Below are positions 63,780-64,000 of a DNA stretch of 64,000 bases, in pieces. The position numbers were made by a program, and so were the translations under genes. This stretch comes from Conexivisphaerales archaeon (lineage in GTDB: Archaea > Thermoproteota > Nitrososphaeria > Conexivisphaerales > DTJL01). Below the pieces are notes generated by a model. That model made no database searches and was not told the DNA's origin. It worked only from the letters and a program-made list of their open reading frames with translations. Position 1 is the stretch's first letter. Every line of letters starts with the position of its first letter. Location of the stretch: positions 228,354 to 292,353 of the forward strand of contig JAVYTR010000002.1 of NCBI GenBank assembly GCA_038728585.1, in the 5' to 3' direction.

Positions 63780-64000
63780 CTAACGAGCTGATCCGCGTCT
63801 GCTAAAGACGTAAAGGGCTAATGCAGCGACTATTACTATAACCACTACAGCTGTTTCTATTAAAAGTTGAGTTTGTGCTGAATGATACGGAGTTGTTATA
63901 GAAAAGATCTCATTATTCATGGATGCTCTTAATGCCTGTGATATCTGACTTCCATCGGGCTGCGTCAGATTGACCACATAAACCGCGTTCGCTACAGCGG
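63780..64000 (-). CDS. C-terminal fragment of a secreted, tail-anchored protein (5' end outside window)
   Basis: The frame of ORF 63780..63977 remains open to the window edge (..AVANAVYVVNLTQPDG..). It ends 'LLIETAVVVIVIVAALALYVFSRRGSAR' (TM helix plus basic cluster). Confidence 0.5.
   Translation of the reverse strand, partial: AVANAVYVVNLTQPDGSQISQALRASMNNEIFSITTPYHSAQTQLLIETAVVVIVIVAALALYVFSRRGSAR

Noticed and set aside
1-64000. Search for CRISPR arrays, tRNA/rRNA genes, IS elements, integrases and prophage or defence-system genes.
   Set aside because: I saw no regularly spaced direct repeats, no tRNA-like T-arm/acceptor patterns in the intergenic regions inspected, and no transposase, integrase, nuclease or helicase motifs in any long ORF. 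The duplicated segments are gene-remnant paralogy, not mobile elements.

Overview
Archaeal chromosomal segment, judged from an Orc1/Cdc6 gene, an archaeosortase and leaderless-type TATA geometry. No rRNA, tRNA, CRISPR array, transposase or integrase was recognised. The left ~3.7 kb is housekeeping: ECF-transporter EcfA tail and EcfT, a Cys-rich small ORF, MoaB, MoaC, a wHTH protein and Orc1/Cdc6. From ~3.9 kb to the right edge lies one ~60-kb, tightly packed, almost entirely minus-strand cell-envelope glycan island, with many 4-nt ATGA overlaps. By motif reading it holds 11 GT4 genes, 8 GT2 genes (one frameshifted) plus one GT2 remnant, and one GT-C-like membrane transferase. It also holds two different NDP-sugar 6-dehydrogenases, two paralogous ABC-2 exporter pairs and twin AlkP-superfamily phosphodiesterase-like enzymes. 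Other content: a secreted PLC/AcpA-type phosphoesterase plus a decayed copy, a sulfotransferase broken by a 5-bp tandem duplication, an HPr-kinase-like P-loop protein and an APH/choline-kinase-fold kinase. Further genes are a Pol-beta-type nucleotidyltransferase-fold protein, an FMN alpha-hydroxy-acid oxidase, a 711-aa bi-domain oxidoreductase, methyltransferase-fold proteins and a 1216-aa sequon-rich surface protein. The most interesting signal is an archaeosortase gene directly downstream of a single PEF-CTERM substrate gene, embedded in this ABC-transporter-type polysaccharide locus. This may be an archaeal counterpart of the bacterial exosortase/EPS linkage, combined with a toolkit for an anionic (uronate, phosphate, sulfate) glycopolymer. 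All functional calls rest on motifs read by eye; no database search was possible. Many start codons (TTG/GTG in the ORF track) are uncertain.
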